Source of the DNA: Lama glama
Taxonomy: Eukaryota
Direction of reading: 5' to 3'
DNA: 64,000 nucleotides
NCBI GenBank assembly: GCA_028534125.1
Contig: CM052818.1
Coordinates: 41,852,001 to 41,916,000 of the forward strand
Position 1 is the stretch's first letter. Each line of letters starts with the position of its first letter. Below are positions 40,701-53,353 of the stretch, piece after piece. The notes under the pieces are model-generated. The model was not told the DNA's origin, ran no database searches, and was given only the letters and a program-made list of their open reading frames with translations. The translations under genes were made by a program, and so were the position numbers.

Positions 40701-43700
40701 CCTGCGTTCACATCTCACCTCCTTTCCGAGGTGATGGTCATAGTCATCTGCAGTCACGACCCTTCTCTCCACCTTCCCTTCACCTCATTCACATGCACAC
40801 ACTCCCCATCCCTGGAAGGATTGAATGGAATGGCCCTGAGTTTTATCATTTGCTTTTAAGTCCTACTCAAGGAAGGGCAAGTGTTACAGGACTCAGGAGA
40901 CTGGGGAGCCTGGTATTCCATAATTCTATAATTCAAAGAAATCAAAACAAAATTGCATTCCGACTCCAGAATGCATTCTGTAATCATGCAGCGCAGAATC
41001 ATATTACAGAGGCGGGGGGTGGGGGGGCAAGATAAGGAAGACGAAGGAAAGCAGAGTGTGCTCGGAGTTCAGCATCGGGGGAGAGGGGACCCCCCAAATG
41101 GCAGCCATTCTCCTTCAAGATAGCTTTAAGGGCTGACTCTCCCAGGGCCCTCCCCCATGGGATTGATAATCAGGGTACCATCTGCATATTGAAGAGTCTC
41201 CAGATCAGCCCTCATTCCCAAGCTCCAGGCCCTTTGTCCCTTCTCTTAATGATATGCACATGTCATTAACATGACAGATCCTCTCTCCTTCAGGGGGCCT
41301 GGGACAGGGAAGGGTCTTCAGCCGGGCACTAGTATCTCTTAAATAAGGATTTTCAGGATATAGAAACTGTTACCTCCTGGGAGTTAATCGGCGGTTACTC
41401 CCTAAAGCTAAATAGATGTAAACACCTCTTTTAAAGGTCCCTAAAAGGTCTGCTTGGCTTTCTCCTGTTCCTTTGGTGGAAGAACACACCTTCAAATCCG
41501 GAGGGAGGCCATCCCTCCACCCCCTACGGGCTTAGCCAGGATGGTTTTACAGCCGCCAATAAAAGGGAAGCTCCACCACCTGGAGCAGTGAATCTCATGG
41601 AATGTGTTCATGGCAATATCATCACAGGGTCCTCGACCCAGGGAACGAAGGGCCAAGTCCAGTTCTAGGTGCTGAATGTGCATCTTCTCTGATGAAACAG
41701 AGTCTGGCTACTCACAGACTCTCGAAGAAGATTTTTATGCCGGGTGTCCCCTGGCTGTCTCCGGGACAAGCCTGTCCCCAGAGAGCTTCAGGAAGGCCAT
41801 TCCCCCACAGCCTGGGATTGTATGGTAATTTGAAAATTGCTCCCTTGGGCTCCTTGCAAAGACCTGAGTCATGAAGGAGACTCAAGAAGTCCAGACTGGA
41901 AGACGGAAGCCAGCGTCACGGTCACGCCTCCAAAGCGCTGTTATTATTATTATTGCTATTCGTATTATTGTTATCATCGTTAGCCAGAAGGAGCCCCAGA
42001 GCCTGAGAGAAATTGAGTGGGCGAGCGAGCAGAATGTTCATTCCTGGCATCCGTGTGGTACCCGCCACCTTCACACTCATGGTCAGCGTCATCCCAAAAA
42101 GAAAACAGAGATGCTGTCTTACAGTTCAGCCTCAGGATGCCTCATTGCAGGTCACTTAGCAGAGTTTCCAGAGCTCAAATCCATGTGCTCCGACACCAGG
42201 ACAGTGTTCTTTCCAGCCCCTCCTTGCTTGCCAGGCCCTTTAACTCTGTGGGGCTGCTGAGAGAGAACTCGGAGATGTGTGCCGTGGGGGGTCCCAGCCT
42301 TGGCCGCCAGGCCTGCACAGGTAGCCTTGCGCAGCTGGTCACCCTGCGGTGAGAAAAAGCAAGTGCTGAAGGGAGGAGAGCACAGGGGGACCCTCGGCCC
42401 CGATTTGTCCAGAGACTGAGCATTTACTGGGACACAGACTTTCAGTTTTAAAACTGAGGCAGTCACAGGCCAACTGGGACAAGCCAGTCACCCTAGTAAA
42501 GAGGGGGAAAGAAACCACATCCCTACAAAAGGACTTCTCCCCTTCAAATAAAAACAGTGGGAAGAGAGCACCTGAGCAGCAGTGAACATCCAAATAAGCA
42601 TTTCAGGGCGGTTTCTCCTCCAATGACCCAGCCCTCAGCGTCCCGGCAGCCAATGAAGCTGCCACTTCATCTGCACCTGAGCTAGATGCGGTTCCTCTGC
42701 GCCAACATTTTCATGCTGTGGTTCATCACGGTGAGCAAGACACAAGTCCTCCCGGGGTTGCCCAGCCAGTGGAACCCGCCGCCACGTGTGACACTGCAGC
42801 TTTCTTCACACACGGTCAGCCAAAGACAACGGAGGCTCGAACTGCAGTCACAAAATGACACACGCACATATATTACCCAGGGGAATTTCCAAGCGAGGGA
42901 ACTCTCCAGAAGAAACAACTTCCCAGGAGTGTCCACGAAACGCATTCGCAGCCATCCCGGAAGTTTACATTCACAGACCATCCAAGAAGAGCCTCAACTT
43001 CATTATTTTAATGAGCTGTTCGGGGTTTCTGGTAGAAAAATGCTTTTCCCTCAAGACAGACTATGAAATCTTAGTTCAGGGAATTCAGAAGAAGGACCAA
43101 CTAAGGATGGGAAAGATTTAGTGTCACGCCCAAATGCAAGCAGACCATTTACAGCAGTAAACTCTGGTCTCAGTCCTACCTCGGAACCAGCAAATGAGCA
43201 TCTAACTCTAGCTTGAACATCTTCACATTTCTAGTCTCAATATAAATGCCCTGTTCTTCCCAGCTCAATGCCGAAGAAAAGAGGCTACACCAACTCAAGA
43301 GAAAACTCAAGGTGTTGGTTTTCTGTTACCATACTGTGGTTTTGAGTAAGCCAATGAAAATTCAGATTAACCATCGTTTTCTGTAGTTACAGATGAGACA
43401 AGCCTGTGTATGCAGTTACATACATTGTTACCCTCTAGCTGTTTCTGAACAATTAGTCTTTTCATTGATAATGATTATTTAATAAACATTATGGAGCTGC
43501 TACCTGGTCCAGGTACAGTGGAGCAGTCAGAGGTGTGCCTACGGTCTTTAAAGACATTTCCCATTCAAGGAGAAACCACATTGAGATGAATCCAGAAAGC
43601 AAACAGCCAAATGGGAGGGACATTCTGGACAAGAGCTGACTGTGACCATAAGAGCTTATAGAAGACTTTCCAACTTCCAAAGTGTTCATCACGTCACTCG

Positions 43701-46700
43701 TATCCTTTAGGGCATTTGGCGCCTATCAGGACCCAGTGGGGCGGTGATTACCATTGTTTGAGAGCTGAAGAAAGTGAGTCAGAGGGAGACAACTTGTCTT
43801 CAGCCACAGAGTTAAGCGAACGGCAGAGCCAAGATGTGCCAGACACCCAGGGCTTCCTGGAGACTGGAGAACGTTCCCAAGCACAGCAGACATTCGCAGC
43901 CTTTCAAGATTCCATCCATCCCTAAGGATTAATGACTCTCGAGCCTTAGAAATGAGAGGGGGCCTCAACGCCAACCCACTCCACTTCCGGATGAGATGAC
44001 TGAGCAACCGGCACTTGCCCTCCTGTACCAAGGCTGCAAATAGAGATCCAAGACCAAGGTTTCTCCAAACCAAATATTTTTATTTCACAGGGCTGCCTCC
44101 CAGCCAACTAAGATCATCATTTTGTACGGTGAAGGGACTCCTTCTATGCGGTCCTTCAGGAAAATGGTGGGCAGCAGCCTAAGACACAAAATTCAACCCG
44201 CAGCAGGCTGCAGATGTGTGACGGAACAGACTTGTCGCCTGCACACCATCCCCCAAAAGCCTGCTGAAATTCTTGGGTCTGCTGGAAGGCAGAAGAAAGC
44301 CAATTTCGCCTTGCTTCCTCAGACCACATCTCACAGCAACTCGTCTGTGTTTATCACAGGAGTACGTGCTGTGTGTGTCCTCCCAAAGTGCATTGAACCA
44401 GTAGGGCTGTCTGCTCCGACCATAAAAAGGCTCTGTTACTTCTCCTGGTCAAAGGTTTCAGGATGAATGTCTTGTAGCATGATACGCCAATATCAAAAGA
44501 GATCAGGTAACCCTGGTCAGTGGCCTATGAAGAGATTTCCTTTACAAGTAAAGAAAACTAATAAACCATTGTAGAAGGCGTAGATGTTCTGCAGCACTCA
44601 AATTCCTAGGCTCCGTCTTAAAATAGGCTTCAAAGCTCACATTCATTTGTTTCCAAGGTACCCGTTTTCAGGTTTTGTAAGACCTCTTTTGAGGAACAAA
44701 AGTCCGCAAAGTTCTTGTGAAGCGCAGGCTGGTGAATTTGTCCTACCAGTGAATGTTTTTTTTTAAAGATTCTTTGCCCTAGTAACATACCAGGGAAATA
44801 GAGAGAGGAAGGATTCTGTCAACAAGAAATCGGATGATTTAACAGACTTAAATCGTACCCGGCATGTGCCAGGCGCCATTCTATGTGCAGTATGTTAGTT
44901 TCTGAAATCTCCCAGAGCAAGTGGGTGGTGCGATCAGCCCCACGGTACCGGCAGGGAAACTGCACAACACAGAGCTTGTGAACGTGGGAGTCAGATTCCA
45001 GCCAGGCGGTCTAATTACAACATCCTCTTGCTTCCCTTAGAGAGAATGAATAAGAAGTTGGTGGGGGACATTTACCAGCGTCCCAAGGGAGTTGGAGGAG
45101 GAGCCTTGAACCGGGAAGCCTGAGGACTGACCTGGTCTCCCAACAGCCACAGAAGTGCCCAGGGAGGGGGTGCGGGTGCTCTCCACTGGTCCCACCCCTC
45201 AGCTCCAGGAAGGACCGTCCTCCTCCAGACTGCAACCCGCCTCCCTCCAGCGGTGGCATCCCTGCATTCCTCCATCCTGTTCTACTTATCTTTCATAGCA
45301 TTCACCGCTTTATGAGATGCTATTTAATTTAGTTGTTTATTTTTCTTTTTATTGTTTCTTTTCATTGTCACTCTCTCCTAAACTCCCTGAAGCACCAGCT
45401 TGGGGAAGTTTTGCCTTTTTCCTTCCCTGATGTCTCCCAAACACAGGGAACCATGCTTGACACAAGGTAGGTGTGAAGTAAATGTTTGTGGTGAAAGAGA
45501 GAGAAGAGGAAGGAAGGGAAGAGTAAGGAAGTGAGGGAGGGAGAGAAAGAAAGGAAGAAAGAAAGAAAAAAGGGAAGTCAGCAGGCCCTCTGCCATTTCT
45601 TTCCGATCTGGGGTTCCACCTCTGAAATGGGCCCCTGAGCTCAACAGCTTCTAAGCCTCTTCCAAACATAATAACCTCTGACTCTAAGAACAACCCAAAT
45701 CAGGATTTTCAGAAGCTCACCGTCATGAGGACAAACGAAAGTCAAACCCAGAAGACCCAACTCCCTACATGGGTAGAGGACGGGCTGGCCAGCACTGGAA
45801 GATTCTGAGAGTCGAGGTAAAAACCTGGGTCACCTCTCCAGTGCTACACAGAGGCGGGAGGGCTGTAAGCGCTGTCACTACAATGCAGATGATCTGTGGC
45901 CTCAGACAAGCGTACAAGCCTCCTTAGGCCTGTGGCAGAGCAGCAAGCCAGCATCCTCCAACAGTGAGGTCCAAACCGGGGGCCTGGAGGAGCCCGACGC
46001 AGCCACAAGACCCCTCATAAGCTTGCTCAACCGTTCCCCTGCAACCCACCGTCCCTCCTGTCCCCTCTCTTCCTACCCAGGCCCCCAGACTGTGGGATCC
46101 CTAAAGACAGGCCTCCAGGTGTGTTTCATCTTTACTTTCAGGAGTCAGTTCTGATGCTCACTGACACCTAATGGATGCGCTTCAGCGTCTGCTTCAGCCT
46201 GAGAGTTTGGGAACCCGGCTAGCAGGAGGCACTGGTGTAATGGTCCCCACCGTGTTTCTTCCTCTGCTGCCCACTCAGCCACCAGCCACTCTGCTGGCCT
46301 CTGCCAAGGCCCTGTCATCTGTCGGCCACCAGGCCAGGACTGAAGAATCAGAGGTGATTGGGTCACTGTACCTGCTTTAGGGGACCCCATGGTCAAGGAG
46401 GTCCCAGAGGGTGATGAGGACACCTCTTTTATCTCCCAAGCAGATACAGGATTAAGAGCTGGAGAAGCTCCCAATTTCCCCTGCCCCCAGGGGTATGAGA
46501 AAGGCTTCCTGAAAGAGATGACTTTGGGTTTGTCATTCAAGGTTGAAAAGGACTTTAATAAACAGAATCTGGGTGACCCAGAAGAAGGGAATATGAAGGA
46601 ACCAATCAAAGGTGAGAAAGAGAGCTTGTACCTAGCGGTGCTGATGTGAGGAGCCCTATGGGTGGGCAGGGGATAACGGGGATGGTGAGCCAGGGTGGAA

Positions 46701-48881
46701 GCAGCCTCACGGGCCGGGCTGAAGGATTTGGACTTTACCCTCTAAGTGGTGGGGAAACTTTGTAAGTTTTTACACAAAACCAGCTATGCAGAAGGATCAC
46801 TATGGAAGTATGCTGTAGGTGGCTGGATGAGCCAAGGAGGTAGGGAGGCTACCGAAGGAGCAGCTTGAAAGCCAATGCCGTGGAAAGACCACGGGGTTGA
46901 CCATCAACAAACTCCAGTCCCAGGTTCGGCCACTCATTTGATACAGGATCCCCCAACCACATTCTGTAAAACGAAGTAATTCAGTGAGATGATTGGTCTC
47001 TACGTGCCATCTAAGTCCTATGACTTATTGATCTAACTGATATAGAGCAGTTTCTCAGTCTCAGAACTGTTCTTGGAACGCAGAGGTTTCTCATGTTGTT
47101 GAAAGGAGTGGTTCAATTCTTCTGTGACAACAGCAATTGCTTTATAGGTAATTGCAGAGCTAAACTGAGTGACACTTTCCCTCAGCTGGGCCAGGAAAAG
47201 GCAAATAAGAGGTGTTTTACTTTAGTTTTAATATTTTAATGTATTTGTGATTCACCCAAATCAGAAAGTTCTCTTTAATGTAACATAAAATCAAGAACAA
47301 CAACAAAAAAGGTCATTAAATTACAATGAAAAACAAAAGATCACAAATACACTGGAGAGACTGGGCTTCAAGGATGTAGAATGAGAGCATTGAATTTGGC
47401 TCTGAGCTTCCCAGCAGCCAGAGCAAAAATGGAGCCTGGTAGGAATTAGTTTAGGGCCTCATTCATCTCAACGGTATACCTCCTCCACAGATAGAGTTCT
47501 ATCTCATCTAAAAAGTCTAGGGAGGCCCTGATGGAGACCACAAAAAAAGAAATTGGGGTGATTGAGCTGGGTTTCAAGAATCTCAATTACTTTGAGATTT
47601 CTTAACTTTCTTTTAGCTCATGACTCCATGCAGCTTGGCGATCTGGGGCCTGTAAAATGCAAAGGGACAGGAAGTCTTTTTGAATGACAATTCAAAAAGG
47701 ACTTTCAGAGAGGGTTATTTTCTATTTAGGGATGGTGGCAAGTAGGGAGATTTAAGTAGAGAGAATGTTGCCTGAATTTTTGACATAGTCTTATCACCTG
47801 TAAAGGTCCATGGCAATATCAACCTCATAGCTTAGGAAACGTGGCTGTAAGCCATGAATACCTCAAATTCTAAACTCCACTGGCCTTTGTAAAATAGCCA
47901 AAGCAGACAGGGACCCACATGACCTGGGCAAGCCAGCAAAGCCCTTTCTCATCCCAGGACCTGTGTTCTTCTGAGGAAAGCCAACTTCTCAGTCCAAAGC
48001 TAAAATCTGAGATGAATGAAACCTTAGAGACATAGCCTTGAGTACCACCTTTCACCTAAAGATGAACGCCTCCCAAGGAAGGATACCACCTCCCATCAGG
48101 GACTCTGAAATTTCCTCCCAGCTCCACTGTGCACCCCTTTCCCCCAACCCACCAGCCCTGGCTGTCCTCCAGAACCTGCCAATAATCCTGATGCCACAGG
48201 GCAGTCCAGACAACCAAAACACCAGTTCGAGTGGCAGGAGCGCCAAATGGGCAGAGCTACGCTAACACGGGGCAGTGCCTCTCCTCAAGGGACAAGGCAC
48301 TTTGACCTGGGCCACACAGCTGTCACTCCCTGAGTTACCTTGGTGAATCAGATGGTGAGTTCTTGAGGGAAGGGACCAACTTCATCTTTATTCTTCTAGA
48401 ATGCTTAGCATAGAAACTTGCACAGGGCCTAGTAAATTCTGATGAGCGTGTTCTTCTGGGGGACAAACTTCACCCTATGTCAAAATGTAAAGCCAACCGC
48501 TAATGGGTCAAAGGTTACTGACACCAAGTACGGCCAAGGTGCACAACTCCATGTCTTAATTTTAATCCTCATTCTAAAGGGTCTGATGTCCTAGCTTACT
48601 TTGGTTCGATGGCCAACCTATAGGAAAGTGTTTTGTAAACTATCTGGTGCTTTTGCTGCAATACACAGTAATAACATACCTATTCTGCGTAATCCTGAAG
48701 TAGTATCTTAACCTTCCTAAGCTCAGTTCCCTCCACCTCAAGGGGGTAACAGTCCCTCCCCAACCAGGACTGTATAAATATATGATGACTGTGGAAACCA
48801 AGTTCTCTCCCTAGGGTATGCACTACTCATGGCTGCATCTTAAGAGTTTAACCGTTGCTATTAAGGAAAAGAAAAGTTGCA

Positions 48882-49804
48882 TCATTTAATTGCTATTTAT
48901 TTTCATAAACATGAGGTATTTCAAAGTGCTATAAGATGCAGCACTAAATATATACATTTTGAAGAAATTAAACACAGAACTTTGCATTTACCCAGTTCTA
49001 TGCACCAAACATGAACAAATACATTAACAGGAAGAAACAGGCTAGGAAAAAGGCATATATATATAGTAAATTTCTTTACAAAAGTTTCTTAGTTCAAAAA
49101 GTGATAAAGTAATATCTACTCAAAACTTTCACAACTCATTTTCATACGAAAATATAAGTATCAAATTTAGTTATGTATCAGCATTATACTAAAGTATACA
49201 GGCAGTGTAAGAATTAGTACAGTACATAACAAGGATTAACAATAGATTTGTATACAAAACATGCTCCTCAAACATTGAGGTATTACAGTACTTAGGTATG
49301 AACTTCCAGTCTAATACTGGCCGCAAAAGCCACCTCTCATTACCCAGGACGTATACAAAAGGCAGGTGTGTCAATGGTATTTACAGAAATGTTCCCCAGG
49401 GGTCTCAAATGGCAAACCCCAACGTGGCATCTGCTGGAACTTAAGCACCATTTTAAAAAGAAGGAATGACTTTCTGTCGTCTGGAAACTTGGAACAAACA
49501 AGGTGACTTCGACAGCCCCAGAAGGCTCTCCAACTGTCACGGACTCTGACCGCCGTCTCGGAGGTGACGCAGAGGACAACCACCAGGGCCACCCAGCATC
49601 CCATCACACAGGCCCTCTCCCGAGGTCCTGGGAGAACCCCACATGTCCTGCTCCCCACCCAGATCCAAACTCAACGGGGGACCGATGTGAAAGTAAACCA
49701 ACATTCTTAATGTCAACACAAGGTTTGTTTAAAAAAAAAACAAAAACAAAAACAAAAACTCAAAATGTGCAAAGTGGCAGTGACTGTCCAGTTCTGAGAA
49801 ATGT
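48882..49804 (-). other. MYCN: MYCN 3'UTR
   Basis: AU-rich sequence from the stop codon to the polyA signals, with ATTTA pentamers (e.g. 48945-48949, 49067-49071) and several miRNA seed matches. Confidence 0.9.
48885..48901 (-). terminator. MYCN polyadenylation signals AATAAA (48901-48896) and ATTAAA (48890-48885)
   Basis: Minus strand reads GAAAATAAATAGCAATTAAATGATGCAACTTTTCTTTTCC, with a U-rich downstream element. Confidence 0.88.
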
Positions 49805-50494
<690 letters not shown>

Positions 50495-50554
50495 TTACTC
50501 CTCATACTCCTAGCATTTCATCCTCCATTCAGGCTTAAGCAGGTGGCAGAAACA

Positions 50555-50730
50555 GAACCTTGGCTTTGGAGTCAGACAGAATCCCGGCTCCGTCACATAC
50601 TACTTGCATGACCCTGGGCAAGTTCCTTAATCTAAGCCTCAGTTTCCCCAGCTGTGAAATGGGGATAACACCATAGGTTGAGCTGGACAGATAAACACAC
50701 ACAGAGGCTCAGTTAACGGTAAGCTTTTAT
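50555..50730 (+). mobile_element. MIR SINE in MYCN intron 2
   Basis: GGCTTTGGAGTCAGACAG...GGGCAAGTTCCTTAATCTAAGCCTCAGTTTCCCCAGCTGTGAAATGGGGATAA. Confidence 0.75.
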
Positions 50731-51847
50731 CATCCTCACAGGTCTGCCCCATAGACTTATTTGTATTTCCATCCTTAAGAACTGAGGCTCCTCATTTTAG
50801 GGGCCTCTTTTAGCCATCTACACATGGTCGAGTCTCATTTTAAGTCAAACAAACCTAAACAATGTAATTAAATACTCTGTCTTCCATGAACATGATGATG
50901 TTTACACCATAAGCCGTTTTTCACCTAACAAAGATTAAACCTTAGCTACAAAGTCATCATCCACTGGAGCTCTAAACCCCAATTCGGTGGCACCTCTTCT
51001 CAAAGTCCCCACCAACAGCAACAAAAACGTGTAGCATCCCGTGTGCGTTTCCCCTCTCTCCTCATCTACTGCCATGCTCGGATAGAAAATTATTGTTTAA
51101 AATGCAAGCATGAAAATCAAAACACAACTTCTGCTTGATCTGAAGGGGACCGGAAAGCTGAACAATTGTGGGATTTGTTCTAAAGCCGAAATGTGAGGCT
51201 GTTCCAGTCTGTGGGTCCCTTTAAGCCAATGTTTTGGTTTTCTGCCAAGAAGACAGCTGTTGGAAGGAAGTGCTTCCTCACCGAAAGCTGTCAAGGCACA
51301 GACATTAAAGGGACAGACCCGTTCAAACTGGAGGCTTATCACCAAGTTTCCTTCCAGGAGCCTCAGATGAATCCGTCCTCAGTCTTGGAGGAAATTGAGG
51401 CTTTTTATCCACCTGCATTCTGGCCACACTGGTTTTCAAGGTCCCAGGCTCCCAGCTCCAAGGACAAGGCCATTCCAGTACTTGGGGAGAGTTCTCCACC
51501 TCCAGGCAAAGTCTCGATTTTAACTCTACCCTTCAGTTTAAGTAGGAGCCACACAATAGGACTAATCAGGGTGTGTGCATTCCTGGAGGGTCTGCTGAGG
51601 AAGTGCCCGCCCTCACCTTGAAGGGCACCGGGTTACAAAACACAACGCGGATCTGAAATTAGTCCTGGAATTCAGGCTAGAAGACCAAACCAGCCAGCTT
51701 CTCACTGCACACTGTAAAGAGCTGGCCCCTTGAGAATGTACACAACCAACCGCTGTTGTACTGGCCGCCAGCTGCTTAAGGGAGGGAGGGAGGGGTGGCC
51801 CCACCACTCCCAGCCTTTCAGATCCTTGGGCCTCCAGCTGGCCAGCA

Positions 51848-51866
51848 TATCGCCGCCTGCTGGCCA
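51848..51866 (-). promoter_or_regulatory. Candidate CTCF site in MYCN intron 2
   Basis: Minus strand TGGCCAGCAGGCGGCGATA is close to the CTCF consensus TGGCCASCAGRKGGCGCTA. Confidence 0.6.
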
Positions 51867-52452
51867 TGGACCAGGAGCAAATAGCCCACCACCCACTTAA
51901 GGAGGGGGAGAAGAGTATCCAGGTTTGAAAAAAAATCACATGGATACTCGCCATCTGTGCAATCCCTCCTTTAACTTTCTGCGCCCTGAATAGGATTTTG
52001 CACAGGCTTTTCCTTTTTGGGGATCTCTCCATCCCTGATCTGAGCCACAGTCCTTTTCCACCCCTGGGTTAACAGGTTTCTGCTCAAGTAATGCAGCTAG
52101 CCATCCCTGAATCCCAATCCGGCTTTAGCCATTCAACTTTTCCTAATTTTACTGCTCAGACCATGCTGCAGAGAGACATGGTGGGTAGGGGCATCCAGTG
52201 ATGGAGTCAGACTCCGGGCAGGGGCTGAAGGAACTTCAACGAAAGTGAGGCTCTGGAGAACACCCCCTTACACCTTTCACCAGGTCCTCCTTAACCTGGG
52301 GATCAAGCTTGAAAAAACCCACCTCTCAGCCACCAGGACTACTTCCAAAATACTCTCCCCCAAGAGCCGAAACCCATGAACAGCAACAAACGAAGCGCCA
52401 TCCCCAGCCCCAGGACCTCAGGGAGGCAGTCGGACCCTGGCTCGGTCTTTAC

Positions 52453-53236
52453 CTGAGTCGCTCAGGGTGTCCTCTCCGGAGGTGCTGAGGGCCTTGTCAC
52501 CGCCGCTGGCCGGGCGACCGCCGGCGCGCGGAAGTGTGGCCATCGGAGCTCCCGCCGGGGCTGCGGCGCTCGCCCCCGACGCGACCGCGGCGCCTGCCGC
52601 GGGGGCACCGGCCGGGGTGGCGAGCGCGGCTTCGCGCTTGTTCAACGGGAAAGGGAAGACCACAGCGGGATCCACACACTCGGCAGCCGGGTGGGCGAGC
52701 TCGGCCGGCAGGGCGGCCCCAGCGCGGCCCGGCCCCGCAGACACCGCTCCGTGCCCGCGGCCCGCGGGGCTGGTGGCGCCGGCGCCCTGGGCCGGGGCTG
52801 CGGGCCCCGCTGCGTGCGGCCGGCCGTGCTGCAGCTTCTCGCTCACAGCGCGCTCCAGCTTCTCGCGGGCCGAGAAGCCGCTCCACATGCAGTCCTGGAG
52901 GATGACCGGGTTGGGGGTGAGGCCGCCCAGGCCCCCCAGGCCGAATGCGTCCTCCTCGGCCGGGTTGCCCCACAGGTCGGCCTCGGGCAGCAGCATCTCG
53001 GTGGCCCAGTTCGGGGGCTCCGGGCTGTGCTCCGGGAAGGCACGGCTGGGAGACAGCGGGGGCGTGGGCAACAGCTCAAACTTCTTCCAGATGTCCTCCC
53101 CCGGGGGGGTCGAGTCAGGGCCGCCGAAGTAGAAGTCATCTTCGTCCGGGTAGAAGCAGGGCTGCAGCGAGTCAAACTCGAGGTCTGGGTTCTTGCAGAT
53201 CATCCCCGGCATGGTGGACGCGGTGCAGCTCGGCAT
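52453..53236 (-). CDS. MYCN: MYCN (N-Myc) coding part of exon 2
   Basis: ATG at 53236 gives [29 protein letters not shown], then MBI ([20 protein letters not shown]), MBII ([10 protein letters not shown]) and MBIII ([11 protein letters not shown]). Ends at donor TCAG|GTAAAG (GT at 52452-52451); 784 nt, phase 1. Second in-frame ATG at 53212 has a better Kozak context (ACCATG). Confidence 0.98.
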
Positions 53237-53353
53237 CGGCTCGCCTCCTGGCCGCCGAATGAGGGCTTCTTTTCGCTCCGCTCTTTTTAGTTCGGGGAGT
53301 GCTTCCTTCCCGTGGGGGGCGCGGAGAGCGGGGGCCCGCGCCAACCTCCGACA
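53237..53353 (-). other. MYCN: MYCN exon 2 leader (117 nt before the canonical ATG)
   Basis: Acceptor CTCTCCTGGTGTGTCTGTCGGTTGCAG|TGTCGG. 39 codons with no stop in the N-Myc frame and no ATG. Confidence 0.88.
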
